This document shows positions 1 through 8,538 of a stretch of 64,000 bases of DNA, piece after piece (the first letter of the stretch is position 1; every line of letters begins with the position of its first letter). The position numbers were made by a program, and so were the translations under genes. Origin of the DNA: Candidatus Bathyarchaeota archaeon (GTDB lineage Archaea > Thermoproteota > Bathyarchaeia > Bathyarchaeales > Bathycorpusculaceae); the NCBI GenBank assembly GCA_963739305.1, contig CAVTZU010000010.1, positions 1 through 64,000 on the forward strand. The letters run 5' to 3'. The notes under the pieces were generated by a model. That model saw only the letters and a list, made by a program, of their open reading frames with translations, had not been told where the DNA came from and searched no databases.

Positions 1-443
1 ACCACATATCCGAAATTGGAGATCCGACCAACATTTCAGACCATCTGGCCATACTTCGCTCGAGAACCTGTCAACCTCCTAGCACGGCATTCTGCCTCTC
101 GCGACGCGTGCGCCTAGAAGAAATTTGTCGCTGAACTCGAGCTTTTCGCGGTTGTAATGTTCAGAATGTGGCATTCTTAGATTTTTCGCATGCCGACGAG
201 CGCAAGTATCGCGCGCGCTCTTCACTCCTCAAGACTCTCTTGTGAGAGCATTAGATAATTCTTGCATTCTTGACCAAACCAAAACCGCTAGTCAACGATC
301 CTAGACATCACTGTCAAGAAGACAGGAATTAAATTAAACGCCATCCTTAGTTGTACGTAGAGAAAGCGCAATGATCATTTGTTCAAACAGAAAGTGCTCT
401 CAGGAATTACTCTAACGGAGCGTGATTCAATTTGGAGATAAGC

Positions 444-1490
444 ATGAACAGAATGGCGCAGGCATTCAGGATCACGAGCAGCTTTGTTAGATACAAAATA
501 AGATGCCCCAGACCTTTTTTTGTCAGTTATCAAATAACGTTTCGATGCAACCGAAGATGTATGTTCTGTAACGCGTGGAAGCTAAAGACTGACAACGAGT
601 TAGACACAAGGCAAGCAAAGAAGGTTGTGGGTGAACTGGCAGACTCCGGCGTCAGCGTCGTTGGCATCACAGGCGGCGAACCACTAGTCAGGAAAGATCT
701 GGAAGAAATAGCCACATATGCAAAACGGAGAGGAATGGTTGTCGGACTCAATACAAACGGAACGCTGCTTACTCCAAAAAGGGCAAAATCAATATCAACC
801 GCATTTGACGCAGTCTTTGTCTCCTTGGACGGATTTGAAAAAACGCATGACCAGATACGAGGAGAAAAGGGAACGTTCAGGGAAGCCTTTCTTGGACTCA
901 AAAACCTCATTGCTGTAAAGCACGATTGCACCGTTGGCGTCAATTTTGTTCTAAACAACCTGAACTACAAAGAATTCATTCCATTCTGCAAATGGATCAA
1001 AAACCTAGGCGTGCTAGTCACGTTCTTCCCAGTCGGTGGAGAAGACAACTTCATTTCAGACTACTCAGTTCCCCGCAACGAGGTAGATGGTTTTGTCTGT
1101 AATGTTTTGAGAGAAAAGGCAACAAATCCTTTTATTGGACCTTCAGAAAGAACCATCGAACTCGTGCCAAAGTTTGTGAAGGGTGAGATGCCGCATATCT
1201 GCGATGCAGGGCACCTGTACTTAGGTGTCTCTCCCGTTGGCGAACTGCGTATCTGTCCGATTGGACCTGACTCTCCCAATTGGAAAGTGGGCTCGCTTTC
1301 GACTTCTTCCATGAAAGAACTCCTAAGTTCAGATCGTTTCCGTCAAGTTTTGGAAGACAGAAAACATTGTACGTCCTGTCTCGCGGGTTGTACGACGCCC
1401 TATTCACTATTGTTCAGAGGTTCTGTTAGGAATTTGACGAAAGAAGCACTAGATTATTTCAAATCCTTCCTTAACGTTGTTCAGAACTAG
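444..1490 (+). CDS. Radical SAM protein with C-terminal SPASM/twitch-like domain
   Basis: CNRRCMFC (CxxxCxxC), ITGGEPL, LNTNG, C-terminal Cys cluster (CDAG...C...CTSCLAGC); ATG at 444 follows GGAG (ORF track starts at 432). Confidence 0.9.
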   Translation: MNRMAQAFRITSSFVRYKIRCPRPFFVSYQITFRCNRRCMFCNAWKLKTDNELDTRQAKKVVGELADSGVSVVGITGGEPLVRKDLEEIATYAKRRGMVVGLNTNGTLLTPKRAKSISTAFDAVFVSLDGFEKTHDQIRGEKGTFREAFLGLKNLIAVKHDCTVGVNFVLNNLNYKEFIPFCKWIKNLGVLVTFFPVGGEDNFISDYSVPRNEVDGFVCNVLREKATNPFIGPSERTIELVPKFVKGEMPHICDAGHLYLGVSPVGELRICPIGPDSPNWKVGSLSTSSMKELLSSDRFRQVLEDRKHCTSCLAGCTTPYSLLFRGSVRNLTKEALDYFKSFLNVVQN

Positions 1491-1492
1491 TT

Positions 1493-1598
1493 TGGTGCCG
1501 AGGGCCGGGTTTGAACCGGCGACGACTCGGTCTTCAGCTTCGCCCTCACGCTTAATTAGCAATGGGTCGAGCGCTCTCCCAGGCTGAGCTACCTCGGC
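1493..1598 (-). tRNA. tRNA-Phe(GAA) with 29-nt non-canonical intron at 30/31 (intron 1539-1567), CCA encoded
   Basis: Minus strand GCCGAGGTAGCTCAGCCTGGGAGAGCGCTCG[ACCCATTGCTAATTAAGCGTGAGGGCGAA]GCTGAAGACCGAG...GGTTCAAACCCGGCCCTCGGCACCA; bulge-helix-bulge (CG|A bulge, CGCT/GGCG helix, AA|G bulge). Confidence 0.95.
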
Positions 1599-1719
1599 AC
1601 TTTTGGATGACCTCGGATAGTGTTGACCATCCAGAGGTTTATTTGCGTTTTCTCAGGAATATTAGGTTATCTTCTGACAGACGTATTCAAAACCGACTTC
1701 AAGCATTGATTTGACTTCA

Positions 1720-2496
1720 TCAGGCTTCTCTGCAACTTTGAAGGTGAACTCGTGGTGCGCGCGCTTTCCCTCTGCAAGCTTCATATCGTGAATCATACAA
1801 GTGCCCCAATATGTAAAAACAAAAGTAGTTTCTCCACCACACTTTGTAGCTTTTCAACAATCCCCATTGTCTAAGTCTTCGACTGGACTCAAAAACGGGA
1901 GTTGACAAGACCTTTGTCCTTCCATAAGACGATGCTTTCAGCAACATATCCGTTATCTCAAGCATGTGAAGTTTTTCGTTAAACCCTTTTATCTTGCAAA
2001 AGATGTCTTTCCTTATTGCAGTCATATCTCCTCTATTGTAGAACTTCAATAGAAGACTCAGATGAGCGCATAACCTGACGTACAATCCATCTAACACATA
2101 GAACAAGACGGTGGAAAACGTCTTCCGTCGAGATGAAGGTAATACTCGCGAGATTACTGAAACCACTGCAGTGTCTCTGAACTCTTTAGCGACGTCAATG
2201 AGCGAAGACTTCTGCAAAGTTGTGTCTGCATCCATGAAGATCAAGATGCTGCCTCTGGCAAGACTTGCTCCGAAATTTCTTGCCTTAGAAACACCACTGG
2301 GAAGAAATGTGTACACGTTTTTGACGTGTTTCCTTGCCTCTCTGAACGTGTCGTCGGTACTACTGTCTACAACGATTATCTCTGTACTGAACCCGTGTCT
2401 TCCAACTTCGTCGCTTGCTTCAAGTATCTTCCGCAAGGTTCTTCCTACATATTTCCTCTCGTTCCTAGTGGCCAAAATGACCGAAAAGTCTACCAT
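1720..2496 (-). CDS. Glycosyltransferase family 2
   Basis: FSVILATRNE, IIVVDSS, GVSKARNFG, FMDAD motifs. Confidence 0.9.
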   Translation of the reverse strand: MVDFSVILATRNERKYVGRTLRKILEASDEVGRHGFSTEIIVVDSSTDDTFREARKHVKNVYTFLPSGVSKARNFGASLARGSILIFMDADTTLQKSSLIDVAKEFRDTAVVSVISRVLPSSRRKTFSTVLFYVLDGLYVRLCAHLSLLLKFYNRGDMTAIRKDIFCKIKGFNEKLHMLEITDMLLKASSYGRTKVLSTPVFESSRRLRQWGLLKSYKVWWRNYFCFYILGHLYDSRYEACRGKARAPRVHLQSCREA

Positions 2497-2600
2497 TCAA
2501 CCATATCCATAAACTCCATTAAGAAGTAAGGGGCAGTTAATTCCTGTCTTCTTGACTATGATGTCAACGATTATAGACCCACAGTTTGTTTTTCACAAGT

Positions 2601-2622
2601 GTTGTTGTCAACAACTGTTGAC
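2601..2622. promoter_or_regulatory. Overlapping palindromes, candidate operator between divergent GT2 and ArsR-type genes
   Basis: GTTGTTG-T-CAACAAC (2601-2615) overlapping GTCAACA-AC-TGTTGAC (2607-2622). Confidence 0.4.
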
Positions 2623-2694
2623 TACTGGTTCGGTTGTGGTTGAAATGGCAAGGATTAATTACAAGTGGTTTACAGAAGGGTTTCAGGACTTGTA

Positions 2695-3831
2695 ATGGTA
2701 GATTCTGCGGAACTGTTTGAGGCTATCTCGCATCCTGTGCGAATCAAGATTCTCAAAATCCTTGAAAGGCAACCTACCAGCTTTGCTTCCCTGAAGAGAC
2801 AGCTGGAGATTGACAGCAGCGGGAACATCGACTATCATCTCAAGAAACTCGGAGAACTCGTGGCAGTCAGAGGGGATGGGTTGTATGGGTTGACAGACGC
2901 AGGGAAAGAAGCTCTCCTTTCCATTGACGCAGTAGAAACATGGGCGGAGATGGAGAGGCGCAAGGTCAAGATGTTCAGGAAAATGCCCAAGGAGGCGTTT
3001 GTCCTGGGGTTGCTGGAAATCTGCAGCTCGACAGCTTTAATCTTCTGGTTCTTCTTGCCGCAAATGCAGTTGCCTTTTACTAGCGACAGCTTATGGGGAT
3101 ATATCTTTTTTGGAACCCTGTTACTCACAGGCTTCCGTTCTGGCATTGGCATATTCCTCCGTTTGAGATGGAGTTGGACGCTGGTTCTGGCCAAATCAGC
3201 CCTGATCATGTCAATGAGTCTCTTTCTACTGGACTACATATGGAAACCAAGCGCAGTTACACAATCAGGCGATGCGGCGCTTTTGTACTTGGCGTTCGTT
3301 GCTCTAGAAATAGCTACAGTAATCCTGGCAATGACACGTCCCCTGAAGGATTACCTTGGAATAAGCAAGATCAAATTATCCTATCTTGGTGCCTTCGGTA
3401 GTCTACTGTGTATATCCAGCGGAATACTGCTAATTCTTCTTGAAAATGCAGTTCGCTTTCTTCTCCGTCCGAGCGCGCTACAACCACTACCCGACCAAGT
3501 TAGCACAGTTTTCGCCTCTATGTCCGACACATCGATCCTTTGCGGCTTACTCATAATGGTTGGAGGCGTTCTAGTTCTGCTGAGAAGCAGCATCCTGGGT
3601 CCCGCAATCAGCATAATCTTCGGGTTGTTCCCCACTCCACTTTTAGGAATCAAGTCCATCCCTTCCTGGCTTCCACAACAAACCACCTACCACGCTTTCG
3701 ATCTCATTTGGGGAATAGGCCAACCATCATCGTTATTCTTCCTGATCGCCGCAATAATCGACGCTCTACCAATAGTTGGAGGGCTACTTGTTCTCGCGCG
3801 CGCGCGTGCGAAGAATCCGAACATGATCTAG
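2695..3831 (+). CDS. ArsR-type winged HTH fused to multi-pass membrane domain
   Basis: N-term LFEAISHPVRIKIL...SSGNIDYHLKKL...YGLTDAG, then about 8 hydrophobic segments. Confidence 0.85.
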   Translation: MVDSAELFEAISHPVRIKILKILERQPTSFASLKRQLEIDSSGNIDYHLKKLGELVAVRGDGLYGLTDAGKEALLSIDAVETWAEMERRKVKMFRKMPKEAFVLGLLEICSSTALIFWFFLPQMQLPFTSDSLWGYIFFGTLLLTGFRSGIGIFLRLRWSWTLVLAKSALIMSMSLFLLDYIWKPSAVTQSGDAALLYLAFVALEIATVILAMTRPLKDYLGISKIKLSYLGAFGSLLCISSGILLILLENAVRFLLRPSALQPLPDQVSTVFASMSDTSILCGLLIMVGGVLVLLRSSILGPAISIIFGLFPTPLLGIKSIPSWLPQQTTYHAFDLIWGIGQPSSLFFLIAAIIDALPIVGGLLVLARARAKNPNMI

Positions 3832-3892
3832 CGTGCGCGAAAGGGAAATATTTGAATAGCGTCAGTGATTCTCTTTCAACTGGTGTCTGGAA

Positions 3893-4132
3893 TTGAGCGA
3901 GCTCAAAACATTAGTGGCGAAGATTGAGTCCGGTGTCCTGAATGTGCCAGAAGAGGTTAGAGAGATACTTGGTCATGACACGAAACTCATTGTTGGCACG
4001 GCCGCAGTCATCGCGTTTTCAGCAGCCACCTCTTACGCAGACGTACTGAGGAGTCTCGAACTAATACAAGATGACCTGCAGATTCGCATAGAAGATGAAA
4101 AGTCAGAAGGCATCAAAACCAGACGTGTCTAA
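3893..4132 (+). CDS. Small hypothetical protein, AbrB/SpoVT-like N-terminus
   Basis: KIESGVLNVPEEVREILG resembles a swapped-hairpin motif; AT-rich box upstream. Confidence 0.55.
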   Translation: MSELKTLVAKIESGVLNVPEEVREILGHDTKLIVGTAAVIAFSAATSYADVLRSLELIQDDLQIRIEDEKSEGIKTRRV

Positions 4133-4231
4133 GCGAGCGCGCACGACAAGCCCTCTGGACAGTTAAGAAACTGACTTAGAAACAACGTAAAGTACCGTAG
4201 GAGATACAAGTGGAAATGAAGAGCATTCGTT

Positions 4232-4393
4232 TTATGTTGTGCAGTCTTTGTTGTCTTCCTTCGCCTTACATTGTGGACAGAGGTCTGACTTCGGCCTTTT
4301 CGACTGCTTTGTGTAGACGTACATAGGATATTGCGTGCAATTCTTGCACCAGTGCCAGTTGTCATGTTCACTTCCCTTAACATACTCGAGCAT
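4232..4393 (-). CDS. 53-aa Cys/His-rich putative Zn-binding protein (below ORF-track cutoff)
   Basis: Manual translation MLEYVKGSEHDNWHWCKNCTQYPMYVYTKQSKRPKSDLCPQCKAKEDNKDCTT*; two CxxC motifs. Confidence 0.7.
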   Translation of the reverse strand: MLEYVKGSEHDNWHWCKNCTQYPMYVYTKQSKRPKSDLCPQCKAKEDNKDCTT

Positions 4394-4585
4394 TCACGTC
4401 ATCCTAGAGACTATTCTGTGTCAATCCAGCTATTTCTCATTGTCGCCAAGAAAGCCTTAGAGCCGGCACCAATTCGACGTTATCCTAACGCCGAGCGAGA
4501 GCGATCATAGTGCAAATATAAAACCAGAATTATACCCAAAATGAAGAAGAGGGGTTTGCAGGAGAAATCGCCATCTCACGTTGTA

Positions 4586-4600
4586 CTGAGCTACCTCGAC
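4586..4600 (-). repeat. Partial copy of the tRNA-Phe 5' end (att-like remnant)
   Basis: ctgagctacctcgac versus ctgagctacctcggc at 1584-1598 (14/15, same orientation). Confidence 0.5.
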
Positions 4601-4814
4601 ATCAACATCCACAAAAAGTGCGTAGAGCCTTAAAGCTTTCTGAATCAAACTTTAGAAATGGGGTGCCGTCCTCTTGACTTATTGGGAAATTAAGCCAAAG
4701 GAGAAGAGAGAATTGATAAATCTCCGGACTAGCACCCCAAACAAAGGCGCGTGTTTGGCGTAGAAAAGCTTTACGGAACAAAGTTTCTCAAATTGCAAGA
4801 GTGCGACGACAAGT

Positions 4815-4940
4815 TCATAGGAAATGAAACACGGCGTAGCCGACGACTGCGAAAAACAAGAAGAACAGAAACATCAAAACCTTGTCGTCCATTAAGTCGC
4901 TCATACTATTCAGATGTTCGTCGTCGTTCAACGCGTTCAC
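4815..4940 (-). CDS. Possible 41-aa single-pass membrane peptide
   Basis: MNALNDDEHLNSMSDLMDDKVLMFLFFLFFAVVGYAVFHFL*; GAGG upstream of GTG/TTG. Confidence 0.35.
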   Translation of the reverse strand: MNALNDDEHLNSMSDLMDDKVLMFLFFLFFAVVGYAVFHFL

Positions 4941-5038
4941 GCCTCTTTCCACTCACACCCAGCGAAGAAAGACTTTATGAAGGGGAAACATTTATTTCAA
5001 ATCCTAAACCAACTCCCCACCGTTTAGCAAAAATGAAG

Positions 5039-5134
5039 GGGCTCGTAGTCTAGTCGGTAGGACGTCGCCCTCACTCGGCGAATATGCTGGAGGATGCGGC
5101 GAAGATCCCCGGTTCGAGCCCGGGCGGGCCCACC
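5039..5134 (+). tRNA. tRNA-Val(CAC) with 21-nt intron (5075-5095, position 36/37 by BHB geometry)
   Basis: GGGCTCGTAGTCTAGTCGGTAGGACGTCGCCCTCAC[TCGGCGAATATGCTGGAGGAT]GCGGCGAAGATCCCCGGTTCGAGCCCGGGCGGGCCCACC; CCTC/GAGG helix with AC|T and AT|G bulges. Confidence 0.93.
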
Positions 5135-5460
5135 TTTCAAACAAAAAAAAGCATTAATGTAAATTGAGAGGAGAATGGCAGCGGGAGAAAGGAGATGGAC
5201 AAAAGCAGCTCATTCTCCTCTAAGCGCACGCGTACGCTCGTACGAGATATTTATGCAATAACTTGTTATTAAAGTTGACGTTAATCCCCGTCATCTCCAG
5301 GTATTCTTTGTATTCATTAAACGAACGCACAGAAAGTGATGTAAATGAAACTTTTCTCTGCATAACAAGAAGTGTTAGGAAGTTGAGTATTTGCGTTGAA
5401 CGCGTAGACAAAAAGGTTTATTACATATCAAGATTCAAGATACATGAAGCGGTGACAAGG

Positions 5461-5829
5461 GTGCAAATAAACATAGGCTCCTGGAAGCTCAACGAGTACG
5501 ACTCACACGGGCCAGAAACTGAAGATCCAACCTGTGGCGAATGCGGGAAAACATATCACAAACCGATCCTCGCAACCGTCGCAAGCTCTGGAAACGTGCA
5601 CACGTACCAAGCTTGTCCTCACTGCATGACCAAAGTTCATGCTGCAGACCCTCCGAAAAGCGAGGAGATCAAAGCCGCAATCCTCTCAAAACAGCCAGCC
5701 GAAAAAGCACTTCTGCTGGAAGGCAAATGCGGCCACTTCTTCGGGTACTTGAACAAACGCCCGAAAGGGACGTCGGTCCCCGAACGCTGCTTAACCTGCG
5801 AAAAAATGGTAGATTGCCTTTACGGATAG
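5461..5829 (+). CDS. Double zinc-finger small protein
   Basis: CGEC...CPHC plus CGHFFGYL...CLTC...C; BRE/TATA (aaaaaggtttatta ~5410-5423) and GGTGA before GTG 5461; ORF-track start 5263 looks over-extended. Confidence 0.75.
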   Translation: MQINIGSWKLNEYDSHGPETEDPTCGECGKTYHKPILATVASSGNVHTYQACPHCMTKVHAADPPKSEEIKAAILSKQPAEKALLLEGKCGHFFGYLNKRPKGTSVPERCLTCEKMVDCLYG

Positions 5830-6069
5830 TGAATTCCCCGAAAGCTTCCAGAGCCTACCACAAACAGAAAAATCGAAGCTTCCATAGAACAACCCTTTTG
5901 ACTCCAGTCTAAGCATCTTTTTGAGAAAGCGGAAAGAAATTGATTCTTTCAAAAGAAGTGGCAAATAGGAGTCTCCATTAGAGGACAACGATCAACCTCT
6001 GAAGCAAACAAATTCCCGGGATCAAAGTTTCGGGGTCTGTCCGTCATAAGTTCTTCATCTTTATAATCC

Positions 6070-6092
6070 GACTGGGACGGCGACATCATCCC
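6070..6092 (+). repeat. Integrase-associated direct repeat, copy 1 (left arm of a hairpin spanning 6066-6121)
   Basis: GACTGGGACGGCGACATCATCCC; further copies at 8645 and 12640. Confidence 0.85.
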
Positions 6093-6121
6093 CCGTAGAT
6101 AATACAGCATCCCAGTCAGAT

Positions 6122-6996
6122 ATGAACATTGTCAACACAATGCTCTGGATGAAGAAAAACGCATACGAGGAAACCACCATACGCAAAGTAGCCAAACTCC
6201 TCAGACACTTGCAACGAAACTGCAACACCAAAGACCCAGAAACCGTAAAACTCTATATCGCCAAAAAGACCACCAGCAACGGACACAAAGAAAACTTGGT
6301 AGAAGCCTACGCCATTCACCTGAGATCACAGAACTTAACATGGGAACAACCCTTCTACCAAAGATACGACAAGAAACGCAGACCACCCAAAGAAGAACTA
6401 ATCGACTTCTTAATCAACCACGCAAGACTGGAAATGGCACTGAAATTATCCATGACCAAAGACCTAGGCGAAAGACCCATAGAACTCACATGGCTAACAC
6501 TAAAAGACATAGACCTATCAACAGGCATAGTAAGCATCACAGGAGCAAAACACACCGTCGGAAGAGAAGGAAAACTCAAGACCAAGAACCCTAGATCTCT
6601 TAAGAATCTACATCAAAAAGAAGAAACTCAACCCAAACAGCCGACTCTTCAACATGAACTCAGACAGCCTATCCAACAATTACCGACACACACGAAACAG
6701 AATCGCCGAAGAATACGATATGCCCGAACTCAAACAAATCCAACTTTACGACTTCCGACGCTTCAAAGCATCCAAAGCCTACCACCTAACAAATAACTTA
6801 CTCTTGGTCAAACAACTCTTGGGACACAAAACACCCGAAACAAAACAGAACGATACATCAGTCTATTTGACGAAAAAAACATAACATGGATACCTGTGAT
6901 ATGCGAGAACCAAGCCGAAATCAAACAAGCAATCAAAGACGACTGCATCCTGTATGCCAAGCAAAAGGAATAACATACTTCAAAAAACCCGCGTAA
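6122..6996 (+). pseudogene. Tyrosine recombinase/site-specific integrase, interrupted by about 3 frameshifts (~6587, ~6843, ~6951)
   Basis: Joined frames give GERPIEL (R), GAKH (K), YDFRR (HxxR variant), LLGHK, TERYISL (Y), ending ITYFKKPA*; strongly A/C-rich strand. Confidence 0.88.
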
Positions 6997-7509
6997 TGAA
7001 CACCATCTTCTCTTCCCATACTCTTGGAACTATTCTCTCAAGCATGCGGAATTTGATTAAAAACCAAACGCGGATAGAAAATGCAAGCTTTACCAGACAC
7101 ACTCACCAGACGACCTACAATCCGCGTCGCACGTTACAGAACGATACGCCAAAAATTGATATCTCAAGACATAGCACAGCCATGGAAAGAACGAGATCCA
7201 AAGCTAGGAGTGAAAATCAAAAAATAACACTTTGAGGAAGTTATGAGCGAGCATTATCTAGATGTGAGAAAATGCGGATGATCGAGCGCGCCAAGTTGAA
7301 GAAGTAGCATAAGAATACTGGTGAAGCCCAAGCGCGCGCATAACCCAGCAGCCGCGTTGTACACGAGCCAAAGCTACTACAAGAAACAACTTTATCCATA
7401 GTTGATATCTCTTCTATCGAGCGCGCACGCTAAAGGATTGACGAAAAGAGAGAAAAAGCACTCTCAGTTCACGAAAGTCAGTTGTCGAGTGCATATCGTC
7501 TGTGTGGTT

Positions 7510-8184
7510 CTACCTTCCGATGTGACTTATCAGAATTATCGCGTCAAAGATGTCTACGACGCCGTCACCGTTGATGTCAGCGTAGGGGTTCCAATTTGGA
7601 GCGCTTTGAGTACTGCCAAAGGCTTTTGCCAGGATTAGTGCATCGTAAATGTCCACGACACTGTCTCCGTTCAAGTCGCCTATCAGTCTTATCTGAACAC
7701 TCCCGTCCTCACTGTTTGATTGCAGGGTTTGCCCTGAAGGGTCAGCAACTACAAGACTATCTATATGCAAAGAACTCTGACAGTATCTGTTGTACAACTT
7801 GAAAGTCAAATCTAGTATAGTAACTGGCGAGACAGTGCTCATGGGAATACCGAAGGTCACGTTAGTGCTCATGAAACCGTTTCCTGACTGGAAGTACGTA
7901 GGACTAGGCAAGTTTGCATCTGGCAGAAAAGATGCTCCTACTATTGCTATTTGTGTCCCGTTAAAAATTAGTGTCATCTGCACAGAACCGCAATTGCTTA
8001 CGTTTTGAATAGTTATGTTTATGTGAAATCTCATCCCTTGTGAAGGAGAATTGTTCACTGTGCTGGAGGGCTGGACACTTATCAGCGGTGTAAAGGTGAT
8101 AGCAGAGCTTCCATGAACCACCAAGACACTCAGTGCCGCAACAATGACGCAAGTCAACAAGACAGCTTTTTGAATTTTCCTCAT
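7510..8184 (-). CDS. Secreted protein with cohesin-like domain and C-terminal dockerin-like duplicated Ca-binding repeat
   Basis: Signal peptide; beta-rich middle; GDLNGDSVVDIYD...ADINGDGVVDIFD. Confidence 0.85.
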   Translation of the reverse strand: MRKIQKAVLLTCVIVAALSVLVVHGSSAITFTPLISVQPSSTVNNSPSQGMRFHINITIQNVSNCGSVQMTLIFNGTQIAIVGASFLPDANLPSPTYFQSGNGFMSTNVTFGIPMSTVSPVTILDLTFKLYNRYCQSSLHIDSLVVADPSGQTLQSNSEDGSVQIRLIGDLNGDSVVDIYDALILAKAFGSTQSAPNWNPYADINGDGVVDIFDAIILISHIGR

Positions 8185-8538
8185 CGTATCACCCCCTCCT
8201 TTCTCTCGAAGAACAAGGACTAGTTATTGGTCGAATGGACTATTAGCTTTTGTGAAAAAAAGTTCTAGAATCAGTAATGTTGGTTGTAATGTCCTGCGCG
8301 GGCGACTTTACCCCAAAGCACGTGACATTCGACAATTCACCACGCCCATCTCCTCGGAGACATAAGCCTTCCCCTCATTTGAAATTCAAGAGGAAAAGCA
8401 ATCTCCCATCACATACGGAAGCGAAATATGCTCTCTCTGAAAATACTTCGATTAGCTTCCTATTAGTCTCCTTTTCAGAAAGGCATATTGTCTCCTCGTC
8501 AAAATAACGACGAAGAATGAATGGATGTGTGATGAGAG

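Noticed and set aside
1-52. Possible gene start on the minus strand (MARWSEMLVG...)
   Set aside because: Only 17 codons are visible at the window edge; not enough support.
4129-4383. 84-aa ORF from the track
   Set aside because: Overlaps in another frame with the more convincing 53-aa Cys-rich ORF.
4751-5053. 100-aa ORF on the + strand
   Set aside because: Arg/Ser-rich, no motif, and it runs into the tRNA-Val gene.
6954-7500. ORFs downstream of the integrase
   Set aside because: No recognisable motifs; probably decayed sequence.
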